In this document: positions 23,454 through 32,121 of the stretch, one piece after another | Position numbering within the stretch: position 1 is the stretch's first letter | Layout of the letters: the number at the start of each line of letters is the position of its first letter | NCBI GenBank assembly: GCA_913043225.1 | Contig: CAJWLU010000020.1 | Location: forward strand, 1-59,653 | Direction: 5' to 3' | Source of the DNA: an uncultured Acidobacteriota bacterium | GTDB taxonomy: Bacteria > Acidobacteriota > Vicinamibacteria > Vicinamibacterales > UBA8438 | Length of the DNA stretch: 59,653 nucleotides | Notes under the pieces: generated by a model | What the model was told of the DNA's origin: nothing | Seen by the model: the letters and a program-made list of their open reading frames with translations, nothing else | Databases searched by the model: none | Position numbers and translations under genes: made by a program

Positions 23454-24737
23454 ATGGGCATCGATCGACGGCGATTCATTGGGACGACGATGGCGGCCGG
23501 GATCGGGCTGGGTGCTGGCGTTCGAGCCTGCCCGGTACCGCGGGGACGGGCGGCGGCGGTTCAGACAGGACGGTCACCCGACATCGTGGTGGTCGGCGCC
23601 GGTACGTTTGGCCTCTGGACTGCCCTGCATCTCCAACGGTTGGGTGCCCGCGTCACCGTGATCGACGCCTACGGTCCGGCGAATTCCAGGTCCACCTCTG
23701 GTGGCGAGACCCGGGGCGTGCGCACGTCTTACGGGGACCGCGAGCATGGCCTCCACTGGACCCGCTGGGCCGGCCAGGCGATTGAGCGCTGGACTGAATG
23801 GGACGAGCTGGGCCGAGATCGGCTGCTGCCTCGAGTGTTCTTCACCACCGGTGACCTCATCATGCGGGAGGAGACTAGCCAGTACATCGAGCAGACCCGC
23901 GCGCAGTGGGATACGGTGGGCACTCCCTACGAACTGCTTACCGCCGACGAGATCGAGTATCGGTGGCCCTGGATTCGGTTCGACAATCTCGGCATCGCGC
24001 TCTACGAACCGGCCGCCGGCGTGGTCCGTGCTCGTCGGGCGCTCGAATCGGTAGCCCAGGTCTTCGAGGACGAGGGCGGCACGATCCAGATCGGGCGGGC
24101 GTCGATTGGCGTTCGGGATGGCCGGTCCCTCCAGAGCGTGACGGTAGAGGGGGGAGACTCGCTTCGCGGCGACATCACCCTGTTTGCCTGTGGCCCCTGG
24201 TTTCCCAAGGAGTTCCCGTCCTTGATGGCCAATCGCATCCGGATCTCGATCGGCCACGTCTTCTACTTCGCGCTGCCGCCAGGGGATACCCGCTTCGCCT
24301 TTCCGAACATGCCGAGCTACGGTGTGCCTGGATGCACCGGCTGGCCCGCGCTGCCGCCTGACCATCGAGGATTTCGGGTGCGGACGGGCGGGCGCCCTGG
24401 CGATGATCCGGATACCAGTGACCGTTGGATTCCGCCCGAGAGCCACGAGCGCCCGCGGCAAGTTCTCGAGCGCCACTTCCCGGATCTCGTAGGGGCGGCG
24501 ATCAACGAGACTCGGGCCTGTCACTATGAGAGCTCCGTAACGCGGAACTTCATCATCGACCACCATCCCGACCTCGACAACGTCTGGTTGCTGGGCGGTG
24601 GCTCGGCGGAGGCGTTCAAGTTTGGGCCCGTGCTGGGTGAGTACATCGCCAAGCGGGTGTTGGACATGGACGATGAGCCGGAGCTAGCCGAGGGGTTCGC
24701 CTTGACCGACGAGGAGTTTGGCGCCCGCGGCCGTTGA
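23454..24737 (+). CDS. Tat-exported FAD-dependent oxidoreductase (monomeric sarcosine oxidase/DAO family)
   Basis: Twin-arginine signal DRRRFIG, VVGAGTFG, STSGGETR, ACGPW, CHYE, FIIDHHP, GGGSAEAFKFGP. Confidence 0.85.
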   Translation: MGIDRRRFIGTTMAAGIGLGAGVRACPVPRGRAAAVQTGRSPDIVVVGAGTFGLWTALHLQRLGARVTVIDAYGPANSRSTSGGETRGVRTSYGDREHGLHWTRWAGQAIERWTEWDELGRDRLLPRVFFTTGDLIMREETSQYIEQTRAQWDTVGTPYELLTADEIEYRWPWIRFDNLGIALYEPAAGVVRARRALESVAQVFEDEGGTIQIGRASIGVRDGRSLQSVTVEGGDSLRGDITLFACGPWFPKEFPSLMANRIRISIGHVFYFALPPGDTRFAFPNMPSYGVPGCTGWPALPPDHRGFRVRTGGRPGDDPDTSDRWIPPESHERPRQVLERHFPDLVGAAINETRACHYESSVTRNFIIDHHPDLDNVWLLGGGSAEAFKFGPVLGEYIAKRVLDMDDEPELAEGFALTDEEFGARGR

Positions 24738-24771
24738 TTTTTGTTCCCGATGCCTAACACATGTTCGGACC

Positions 24772-25290
24772 ATGACTATTCTGTCTGACCTAACGCTTGA
24801 CGAATGTACGCCGGTGCGGGTGTGGGCCGCGCTCGATCCGGAGACCCGCCGCCTGGCCGCTCGGGCTTTGTGGGCCAGCGATTCTGAGATGCGGGAGCAG
24901 GCGGTGCAGGCGCTCGCCTCCGCGCTCAACTTCCGTCCCGCCGGTGTTCGCAAGCTGTCTCCCGATCGCAGGATCGACTATCTGGCACGTCGAGTTCGTC
25001 CCGACGACGCGCTGGCGTCGTCTCTGCTGATGGCTCTGCACCTCGGCGGGCGCCAGGCGCTGTTGACCACCTTTCTCGACGAGCTAGGCATTCCGAATGA
25101 GGATGGCCTCATCGACGCCGACGTTAAGCCGAAGCCGGTCGAGGCGGATCGGCTCGCGGCCGCGATCACGGCAATCCGGGAGCGGTTTCCGGCCGACGAT
25201 GTCGACCTCTACCTGGTGAGTCTGCTCGCGCTTGACCCCGACACCTGGGGTGCAATGGTCGATGTTGTGACCTCTCCCGCCACCACCTAG
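24772..25290 (+). CDS. Conserved-looking helical hypothetical protein
   Basis: Open frame with host codon usage, 11 nt upstream of the helicase. Motifs LNFRP, FLDELGIPNEDGLI. Confidence 0.7.
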   Translation: MTILSDLTLDECTPVRVWAALDPETRRLAARALWASDSEMREQAVQALASALNFRPAGVRKLSPDRRIDYLARRVRPDDALASSLLMALHLGGRQALLTTFLDELGIPNEDGLIDADVKPKPVEADRLAAAITAIRERFPADDVDLYLVSLLALDPDTWGAMVDVVTSPATT

Positions 25291-25301
25291 CGCCACTAGC
25301 G

Positions 25302-27824
25302 ATGCCCTGGGAACTCGGCGACCGGCTGACTCACCGTTTTAACTCGGATCTTGGACCCGGGCTCGTCGAGTCGATCGACGGACGCACGCTCGTGGTGGAG
25401 TTCCCCGAGTCAGATACCGTGCTGCGCCTGGCAGCCGACAGCGACGCGCTTGTGCCGCTCATGTTTGCGGCCGGCGCGCCTGCGCGCGTGATCTCCACCG
25501 GCGAACAGGTGCAAGTCGACGTCCAGCTGGACGAAGAGCGCGTGCGACTTACTGATGGGCGCGACGTGGAGCTCGCTGACCTCTGGCCGGTTCGTATCGG
25601 CGAGTCGCTAGTCGAGCGTCTGGCCAACGGCGACGTTGACCCGCTGTCCTCGTTCGCCCTCAGGCTTGATGCTCTGCAATTGGCCGCCCTTCGCGAGGCC
25701 GATGGCCTCGGGTCGTTCCTCGGCGGGCGGATCCATCTGTTTCCGCATCAACTGCACGCTGCCGAACGGGCCACTCGGACCGATCCGACCCGATGGCTGC
25801 TGGCCGACGAGGTGGGATTGGGGAAGACGGTCGAGGCCTGCCTGATCCTTAATCACCTGGTCCGCACCGGCCGAGCCGAGCGCGCCCTGGTCATCGCGCC
25901 AGAGACGCTAACCGTGCAATGGCTCGGCGAACTGTGGCGCAAGTACCACCAGGTGTTCGTCCTGTTCGACGACAAGCGACTGGCCGACGTCGAGAAGGAC
26001 TACGGAGCCGGCTTCAATCCGTTTCTCGCTTATCGACATACGGTGGTCGGCCTGCAGTTCCTGCAAGAGCATCCTCGGCTCACCGAGCAGGCGGTGGAGG
26101 CGGGACTCGACCTGGTCATCGTCGACGAGGCCCACCATCTCCGGCGGGTTCCAGGGCATCCGGGAAACGCCGCCTATCGCGCGGTGGCACCACTGGCGGG
26201 GTTGGGGCGCCACCTGCTTCTGTTGACCGCGACGCCGCTCGAAGAGGATGCTTTCGGGTTCTTCCGGCTGCTCGAGTTACTCCGGCCCGGTGAGTTCGCC
26301 AGCGAGAGCATCGAGGAGCGGATCGCGTCGTCGGACCCGCTACCGCCGTGTACATCCTCGGCCAGGCGTGCCGACCTCCCCGGGTTGCCGCCGCGGGTCG
26401 GGGTCGCGGTCGATCTGTCGGGGGACAAGGGTTGGGGGCACGCGTTGAAGCTCGAAGCTGCGCTTCGAGCTGAGCCGGCGGAGAACACGGTGGCCCGGCG
26501 TCGGGTGGTGCGGCGGGTGGGTCGGTTGCTGGCCTCTGGAGCCGCTCTGGCCGGCGTTCTGGGGGGCGACGAGGAGAAGCTCGCCAAGCTCGCGGAGCGT
26601 GCGGACCGGGTGGATCCACGGGTGCACTGGCTGGCGGCTCAGGCGCCCGCGTGGAAAGAGGCGGGCGAGAAGACCCTGGTGTTCGCGGCGCACCGTGACT
26701 CGCTTGAGCTCATCAAGTCTGGGCTCCGGCGAGACGTGCAGCTTCGGGTGGGGCTTTTTCACGAGGACCTCGCACCGGCGCAGCGCGACATCGAGGTGGC
26801 CCAGTTCCGGTTGCCGGACGGTCCGTCCATGCTGGTGTCGACCGAGTGCGGGGGCGAAGGCCGGAACTTCGAGTTTTGCACCCGTCTCGTCCTGTTCGAC
26901 CTGCCATGGAATCCGGTGACGGTCGAGCAGCGGATCGGCCGGCTCGACCGCATCGACCGGAGCCTCCCGGTAGAGATCGTGTACTTCCGTCCGGCGTCCA
27001 TGCTGGGTGGCGCCGTGGTTGCGCTGTACGAATCGCTGGGGTTGTTCCACGAGCCGTTGGGTGGGGTCGAACGGGAGCTTGCGGCGGTAGAGGCGGCAGT
27101 GGAGGCGCTCGTGTTCTCAGACGCCGAGCCTGACGCCGAGGTGTTGCGGGAGGTGGTGCAGGAGACGCGAGCGGCCCAGGACCGGGTGCGCGACGCCGCG
27201 CTCCACGAGCTTCACCGGGAGCCATATCGGGCCGAGCTGGCCGAGTCCATCCTGGCTCGGGTGCCGACCGACCTGGAAGAGCTAACCCGTGAGGTGATCG
27301 TCGCCGCGGCCGAACGGCTCGATCTCTATATCGAGGAACACCGAGACGGGCTCCGGCACTCGATCGAGCTGGGTACCAGAGCTCGGGTGGAGAGCTTGCC
27401 CGGTGTGTCGGCCGGTTCCAGCTTTCTTGGCACCTTCGACCGCGCCGAGGCGGTCCGCGACGAGAGCATCGACTTCTTCAGCTCAGGTCATCCCCTGGTT
27501 GAGGGGTTGCTGGCGCATCTGGATGAGTCGCCGGACGGGCGGGTGGCGCTGCTGCACCTCGGAGGCGAGAAGGAAGGCTTCGGGTTGCTCGCTCTCTACC
27601 AGCAGGAAGACGGGAGCTTCTCGGCGGTGGCGATGGACCTCGAGGGGCGGGAGCGGCCCGACTGGGCGGCGTTATTGACTCGACGCCCACTCCGGAGCCG
27701 ACGGGTCTCCGCAGAGACCTGGACCCGTCAACCCGGATGGGCGACTTTCGTCCGTCGCCTGGGACGCGACCTGGAGAAACGAGGTGTCCCTGTGGCACTT
27801 GCCGCGTTCCGCATTGGCGGGTGA
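25302..27824 (+). CDS. rapA: RapA/HepA-like SNF2 helicase (RNA polymerase-associated)
   Basis: LFPHQ, LLADEVGLGKTVEA, QW, IVDEAHHL, LLTATP, STECGGEGRNF, FDLPWNP..VEQRIGRLDRI. Confidence 0.85.
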   Translation: MPWELGDRLTHRFNSDLGPGLVESIDGRTLVVEFPESDTVLRLAADSDALVPLMFAAGAPARVISTGEQVQVDVQLDEERVRLTDGRDVELADLWPVRIGESLVERLANGDVDPLSSFALRLDALQLAALREADGLGSFLGGRIHLFPHQLHAAERATRTDPTRWLLADEVGLGKTVEACLILNHLVRTGRAERALVIAPETLTVQWLGELWRKYHQVFVLFDDKRLADVEKDYGAGFNPFLAYRHTVVGLQFLQEHPRLTEQAVEAGLDLVIVDEAHHLRRVPGHPGNAAYRAVAPLAGLGRHLLLLTATPLEEDAFGFFRLLELLRPGEFASESIEERIASSDPLPPCTSSARRADLPGLPPRVGVAVDLSGDKGWGHALKLEAALRAEPAENTVARRRVVRRVGRLLASGAALAGVLGGDEEKLAKLAERADRVDPRVHWLAAQAPAWKEAGEKTLVFAAHRDSLELIKSGLRRDVQLRVGLFHEDLAPAQRDIEVAQFRLPDGPSMLVSTECGGEGRNFEFCTRLVLFDLPWNPVTVEQRIGRLDRIDRSLPVEIVYFRPASMLGGAVVALYESLGLFHEPLGGVERELAAVEAAVEALVFSDAEPDAEVLREVVQETRAAQDRVRDAALHELHREPYRAELAESILARVPTDLEELTREVIVAAAERLDLYIEEHRDGLRHSIELGTRARVESLPGVSAGSSFLGTFDRAEAVRDESIDFFSSGHPLVEGLLAHLDESPDGRVALLHLGGEKEGFGLLALYQQEDGSFSAVAMDLEGRERPDWAALLTRRPLRSRRVSAETWTRQPGWATFVRRLGRDLEKRGVPVALAAFRIGG

Positions 27825-27837
27825 CGTGGCCGACGGT

Positions 27838-28857
27838 CTACACCTCGAGCCTGACCATCTTGAGCGGCGGTCTGCCGTCCTGACTCGGAAAGTCGTCGTC
27901 GGGCCGGATGACGTCGAGGGCCTTGATCGCGCGGCCCTGCTTGATCGCGCAGCGCCGGACGACGTCGTGCCACGCGGTCTCGCCAACCGCGGCGACGTTG
28001 TTGGTGCAGAACAGGAGGCCGTCGTCGGCCACCACGGCGAGTGCCGGTTTAAGGAGACTCTGGTAGTCGCGTACGAGGTCCACGACCCCGAAGGGGCTCT
28101 TGGCCAGCCGAGGCGGGTCGAGAACGACCACGTCGAATCGTTCCGCCGCCAGCTTCGGAAAGTTCGGGAGGCGCCGGTTCCGATTCATCCTGGGTTGACG
28201 CTGCCCACCGAGCTGTCGCAGTGCTGGGAACAGATCACTGTGCAACTCGGCACAGACCCGATGAACCTCGTTGAGGCGGGCGTTGGCTCGACCCACGCCG
28301 AGACTCGAAGACGCGAAGTCCACGTTGAGTACCCGTGTCGCGCCGGCTACCGCTGCCGCAATACCGACTCCGCAGGTATAGGCGCAGAGGTTGAGCACCG
28401 CCCGTCGGTCGGCGTCGGCGGCGACTGCTCGTCGTAGGGCACGCAGGTCCAGGAAGAGCCACGGATCCTGGCCACGATGGCGGGCGCGGATCAGGTATCT
28501 GATACCACGCTCGAGGCTCGTCCGTTCAGCGGTGGCGGCTAATGCCATCGGTCCGTCGAGGCGGTTGCTTATCCGCGAGCCGGCTTGGCTTCGGTCGTTG
28601 TAGACCAGATCGACCGCTGGATAGTGTTCCGACAACCACTCGGTGGTGATCTCGACCTCTCCGGTGTCCACCGGGGCGTGAAAGCTCTGCAATAACGCGA
28701 GGTCACCGTAGCGGTCTAGGGTAATTCCTGGGGCACCCTCCTGGGTGCCGTGGAGCAATCGATAGCAGTCGGTCCGTTCTTTGTGGAGGCGCGCCAGGAG
28801 CGGCCGACGTCGGGCCAGTGCCAGATCAAGGATGTCACCGAGTCGCGTCGGGCCCAT
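27838..28857 (-). CDS. Class I SAM-dependent rRNA methyltransferase (RlmI/RlmK family)
   Basis: YRLLHG..EG.PG.TLDRYG, LFLDLR, VLNLCAYTCGVG, FDVVVLDPP. Confidence 0.87.
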   Translation of the reverse strand: MGPTRLGDILDLALARRRPLLARLHKERTDCYRLLHGTQEGAPGITLDRYGDLALLQSFHAPVDTGEVEITTEWLSEHYPAVDLVYNDRSQAGSRISNRLDGPMALAATAERTSLERGIRYLIRARHRGQDPWLFLDLRALRRAVAADADRRAVLNLCAYTCGVGIAAAVAGATRVLNVDFASSSLGVGRANARLNEVHRVCAELHSDLFPALRQLGGQRQPRMNRNRRLPNFPKLAAERFDVVVLDPPRLAKSPFGVVDLVRDYQSLLKPALAVVADDGLLFCTNNVAAVGETAWHDVVRRCAIKQGRAIKALDVIRPDDDFPSQDGRPPLKMVRLEV

Positions 28858-28906
28858 GGCTGACCGAGTCTATAATCGCTCCACGCTAGAACCCACATGG
28901 ACCTAC

Positions 28907-29005
28907 ATGAGCGACGAGCTTGAGCTACAGGATGGGAGGCGCATGGGCGCCGGCATAGCCATCGGAATTGCGATCGGTAGCGGGATGCGACGGGGCGACG
29001 GATGA
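28907..29005 (+). CDS. Possible 32-aa glycine-zipper peptide or gene remnant
   Basis: MSDELELQDGRRMGAGIAIGIAIGSGMRRGDG. TATAAT at 28871-28876 lies upstream and its stop overlaps the next start (ATGA). Confidence 0.35.
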   Translation: MSDELELQDGRRMGAGIAIGIAIGSGMRRGDG

Positions 29006-29550
29006 GGCAGTGGCGGAGCCGGTGCGCGGCGTTGCTGATCGTGATCGGCGCGACCCTAGTCGGACATGCACAGCCGGCGTCGGTGACCCGCGCCGACGAA
29101 GAGGCGCTCAAACGGGTGATTCCCGAGGCCGACCGTTTTGAGCTGGTCGAGGAGCCGCTCCGGCACTTCCGCGCGTACCGCGAGTTGATGCCTGGTGGCG
29201 AAGCGCCGCTGGTCGCGTTGGCGTTTCTTACCACCGACCTCACGCCTCGTATCTACGCCTACAAGGGACGGATCACCACACTAGTCGGGATGGACACCGC
29301 CGGCACGTTGCTCGGCATCGAGGTGGTCCATCACTACGAGCCGTTCGGGTACTTCTCCATCGACCTCCCGAAGTTCCCGGCGCAGTTCAAGGGGCGGAGC
29401 ATCCTCGAGCCGCTCGAGGTGGGCGGCGACATCGACGGGGTGTCGCGGGCCACTATCACCATGGAGGCCGCCACGCGGGCCATTCGGCAAGGCGCCAGAC
29501 AACTCGCCCTTGAGGTGCTCGCGGGGCGGCCCGCCGATCCTGAGCCGTAG
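29002..29550 (+). CDS. Extracytoplasmic FMN-binding protein (paralogue of 20141-20698)
   Basis: Signal peptide, AYKGRI.TLVGMDTAG, HYEPFGYFSIDLP.F.AQF, IDGVSRATIT. Confidence 0.85.
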   Translation: MRQWRSRCAALLIVIGATLVGHAQPASVTRADEEALKRVIPEADRFELVEEPLRHFRAYRELMPGGEAPLVALAFLTTDLTPRIYAYKGRITTLVGMDTAGTLLGIEVVHHYEPFGYFSIDLPKFPAQFKGRSILEPLEVGGDIDGVSRATITMEAATRAIRQGARQLALEVLAGRPADPEP

Positions 29551-29566
29551 TCCGAGCTTCGTCACC

Positions 29567-30556
29567 ATGCTTGCTTTTCGCGGCGCCTTCGCGCTGACCG
29601 TTTGTGCGCTGGTGTGGGGAACCGGGGCCGTGGCCGCCGTACAGCCGGAGTCGGGCGTCCACACCGACCCTCCGCCGCTCTCGCTCGACGATCTGGCCGC
29701 GCTCGACGCGCTGCTGGAAGAAGATGCGGAGGAGGCGCCGGCCGAGTTCGATCGATCGGCGTTGATGGACGTCGGCGCGCTGGGGCTGGTGCTCGCTTTT
29801 GCGGTGTTCAGCTTCGTCAAGAAGAGCGAGCGGCTGAAGGTCGTGAGCCTGATGGTCTCGGTGGCCTATCTCGGGTTCTACAAGGCCAGCCTGGTCTCGA
29901 TCGTAGATATCTTCGGCGCACTTCGCTGGAGCCTGCCCGCCTTTCGAGATGGTCAGGCCTACTACGCCCTGGTCGTCTTCACCCTAGTGTCGACCATCCT
30001 CTGGGGCCGTCTCTACTGCGGTCGCATCTGCGCCTTCGGGGCGCTGACGCAACTGATGGACCAGGTCATTCCCTCACGTTTCCGCATCGAGCCACCCGTC
30101 TGGCTGGATCGCAAGCTGATCTACGCCAAGTACGTGGTGCTCGGCGCGGCGGTGCTCTACTTCCTGGCCAGCGGAGACACGCTTGTGTATCGCTACATCG
30201 AGCCGTTCTGGATATTCACACTGAATGGCAGCGTGGTGATGTGGACGTTGCTCGCCGTACTGCTACTGGCCACGATTTTCGTGCGGAATCTCTATTGCCG
30301 GTATTTGTGCTCGGTGGGCGCCGGTCTTGGTTTGCTGTCGAACCTGACGGTATTCCGTATCAAGCGCTGGAACGAATGTCAGACCTGCATGCTGTGCGAG
30401 AAAACCTGCGAGTGGGGGGCCATTGATGGCCCGAAGATTCTCGTCAGCGAGTGCGTGCGCTGTGACGATTGCGAGAGGCTCTACGCCGACGAGGACACGT
30501 GCCCTCACTGGCTTATCCAGAAATACCAGGCCACTCGCGCGGCGTTGGAGAGGTGA
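29567..30556 (+). CDS. 4Fe-4S-binding membrane protein (NosR/NirI C-terminal, NapH/MauN/YccM-like)
   Basis: Multiple TMs, GRLYCGRICAFGAL, EPF, YCRYLCSVG, ECQTCMLCEKTC, ECVRCDDC...CP. Confidence 0.88.
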   Translation: MLAFRGAFALTVCALVWGTGAVAAVQPESGVHTDPPPLSLDDLAALDALLEEDAEEAPAEFDRSALMDVGALGLVLAFAVFSFVKKSERLKVVSLMVSVAYLGFYKASLVSIVDIFGALRWSLPAFRDGQAYYALVVFTLVSTILWGRLYCGRICAFGALTQLMDQVIPSRFRIEPPVWLDRKLIYAKYVVLGAAVLYFLASGDTLVYRYIEPFWIFTLNGSVVMWTLLAVLLLATIFVRNLYCRYLCSVGAGLGLLSNLTVFRIKRWNECQTCMLCEKTCEWGAIDGPKILVSECVRCDDCERLYADEDTCPHWLIQKYQATRAALER

Positions 30557-30567
30557 CACGGGGGGAG

Positions 30568-31923
30568 CTAGTCGGCAGGGGCTTGCGTGGGGTCTGGCGC
30601 CTGCATCGCCTTGTAGCCATACCAGGCGCAGCCGCCGAGCAGGAGCGTCAGAAGCATCCAGCGCATGCCGCCAGTGAACATCGCCTGGCTGAAGGCGGCC
30701 CACGTGATGTCGTACTGGGTCAGCACCCCCCACCGCTCCGTCATCCAGTGCCAGCTGGTATGGGCCACCAGCGCCGAGAGGATGATGGTGCCCACCCGCT
30801 CCGCCACCAGGTAGCGAAACAGCAGGCCGAGCGACGGAACTAGGATTACCAGTACGAGGAGCTGGCCGAGCTCCACGCCGACGTTGAAGGCCAGTAGCGA
30901 CGTTAGCAGGTGCGACCCGGCGAACTGCAGCGTCTCCCGCAGTGCGAACGAGAAGCCGAACCCGTGCACCAAGCCAAACAGGAACGTGATTGCCCAGCGA
31001 CGCTGAACCTGGGCGCCGACGATGTTCTCGAACGCCATGTACACGATGGACATGGCGATGAGGGTTTCCACTAGCGGCGGGAACCAGAGGGCGTCGGGTG
31101 CCAGGTCGTAGGCTGATGCGATCAAGGTGACCGAATGCGCCACGGTGAAGGCGGTGACGATGATGGCCAAGGCGCGCAGCTTCCGGAAGGGAATGACCAG
31201 ACAGGCCAGGAATAGCAGATGGTCGATGCCGTCGAGGATATGCTCGAATCCCATCGCCACGAAGCGGAACGCCGCCTGATGCCATCGCGGGTCTAGTCGC
31301 ACTAGTCCCGGGGCGCCATGCAGTTCGAAGGCGCGCTCGGGAGTATCGGGCGCCAGGAACCGGAGCACGGTAGTGACCTGCAGTCCCATCCGCTCGAGGC
31401 TGGGCTGGATCGAGAAGTCGGACTGGTCTGACTGGATGTCGTAGTCGAACAGGACATCGAGCACCGCCTGTTGCCAGGGTAGCTGGGTGCCGGCGGCGAG
31501 CAGGGGACCTTGGACGTGGGCCAGCGCGGTCTCGTAGGTCTCGAAGGACGGATCCGAGGGCAGCGAGATCTTGATCGCCGTGACCTCGGGCCACTCCAGC
31601 CGGACATCGTTCTCGAAGATCTGGACTTCCTGCCCCATCCAGACCATGGCAGCGTCTTCGAACTGGTTCCGTTCCCGGGCGAGCTCAAAATCGAGGAATC
31701 CCGGGCCGATGGTCGGGAACGCCATGTCGGATAGCGCCTCGAGCGGCACGCGGACCAGGAGCCGCAGCCGCTGCCCCTCGGGCTTCACGAATGCCCGGAC
31801 CGTTACGTCGGCGGGGATGTCGTGCGCCGCCTGACGGGCCGGGAACGCCAGGAGGAGCCCGAGTACCAGGAGCAGCAGCGCGAAGGGTCGAGCCAGTCGT
31901 TGTTGTCGCGAAGACGTGGTCAT
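30568..31923 (-). CDS. HupE/UreJ-family membrane protein with an N-terminal periplasmic domain
   Basis: Mature N-terminus AHD, GFEHILDGIDHLLFL, TAFTVAHSVTL, VETLIAMSI, FGLVHGFGF, FNVGVELGQ. Confidence 0.88.
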   Translation of the reverse strand: MTTSSRQQRLARPFALLLLVLGLLLAFPARQAAHDIPADVTVRAFVKPEGQRLRLLVRVPLEALSDMAFPTIGPGFLDFELARERNQFEDAAMVWMGQEVQIFENDVRLEWPEVTAIKISLPSDPSFETYETALAHVQGPLLAAGTQLPWQQAVLDVLFDYDIQSDQSDFSIQPSLERMGLQVTTVLRFLAPDTPERAFELHGAPGLVRLDPRWHQAAFRFVAMGFEHILDGIDHLLFLACLVIPFRKLRALAIIVTAFTVAHSVTLIASAYDLAPDALWFPPLVETLIAMSIVYMAFENIVGAQVQRRWAITFLFGLVHGFGFSFALRETLQFAGSHLLTSLLAFNVGVELGQLLVLVILVPSLGLLFRYLVAERVGTIILSALVAHTSWHWMTERWGVLTQYDITWAAFSQAMFTGGMRWMLLTLLLGGCAWYGYKAMQAPDPTQAPAD

Positions 31924-32121
31924 GGCTGCCGTTGATGATCGGAAGTCGTTGAACCCCAGCCAGATAGCTGGGCGAGCGGGGGCGTTCGGGGTGCCCGATG
32001 TCGCTGGTCGGGAAAATATAACGCAATTCGTACGGTTTACAAGTATACTGGCTGCTTCCGAGAGGCCTGAGGAGACCCGTAACCGCGGGGCCTCCTGCGC
32101 TCGACTGATTGGAGGAAGCCG

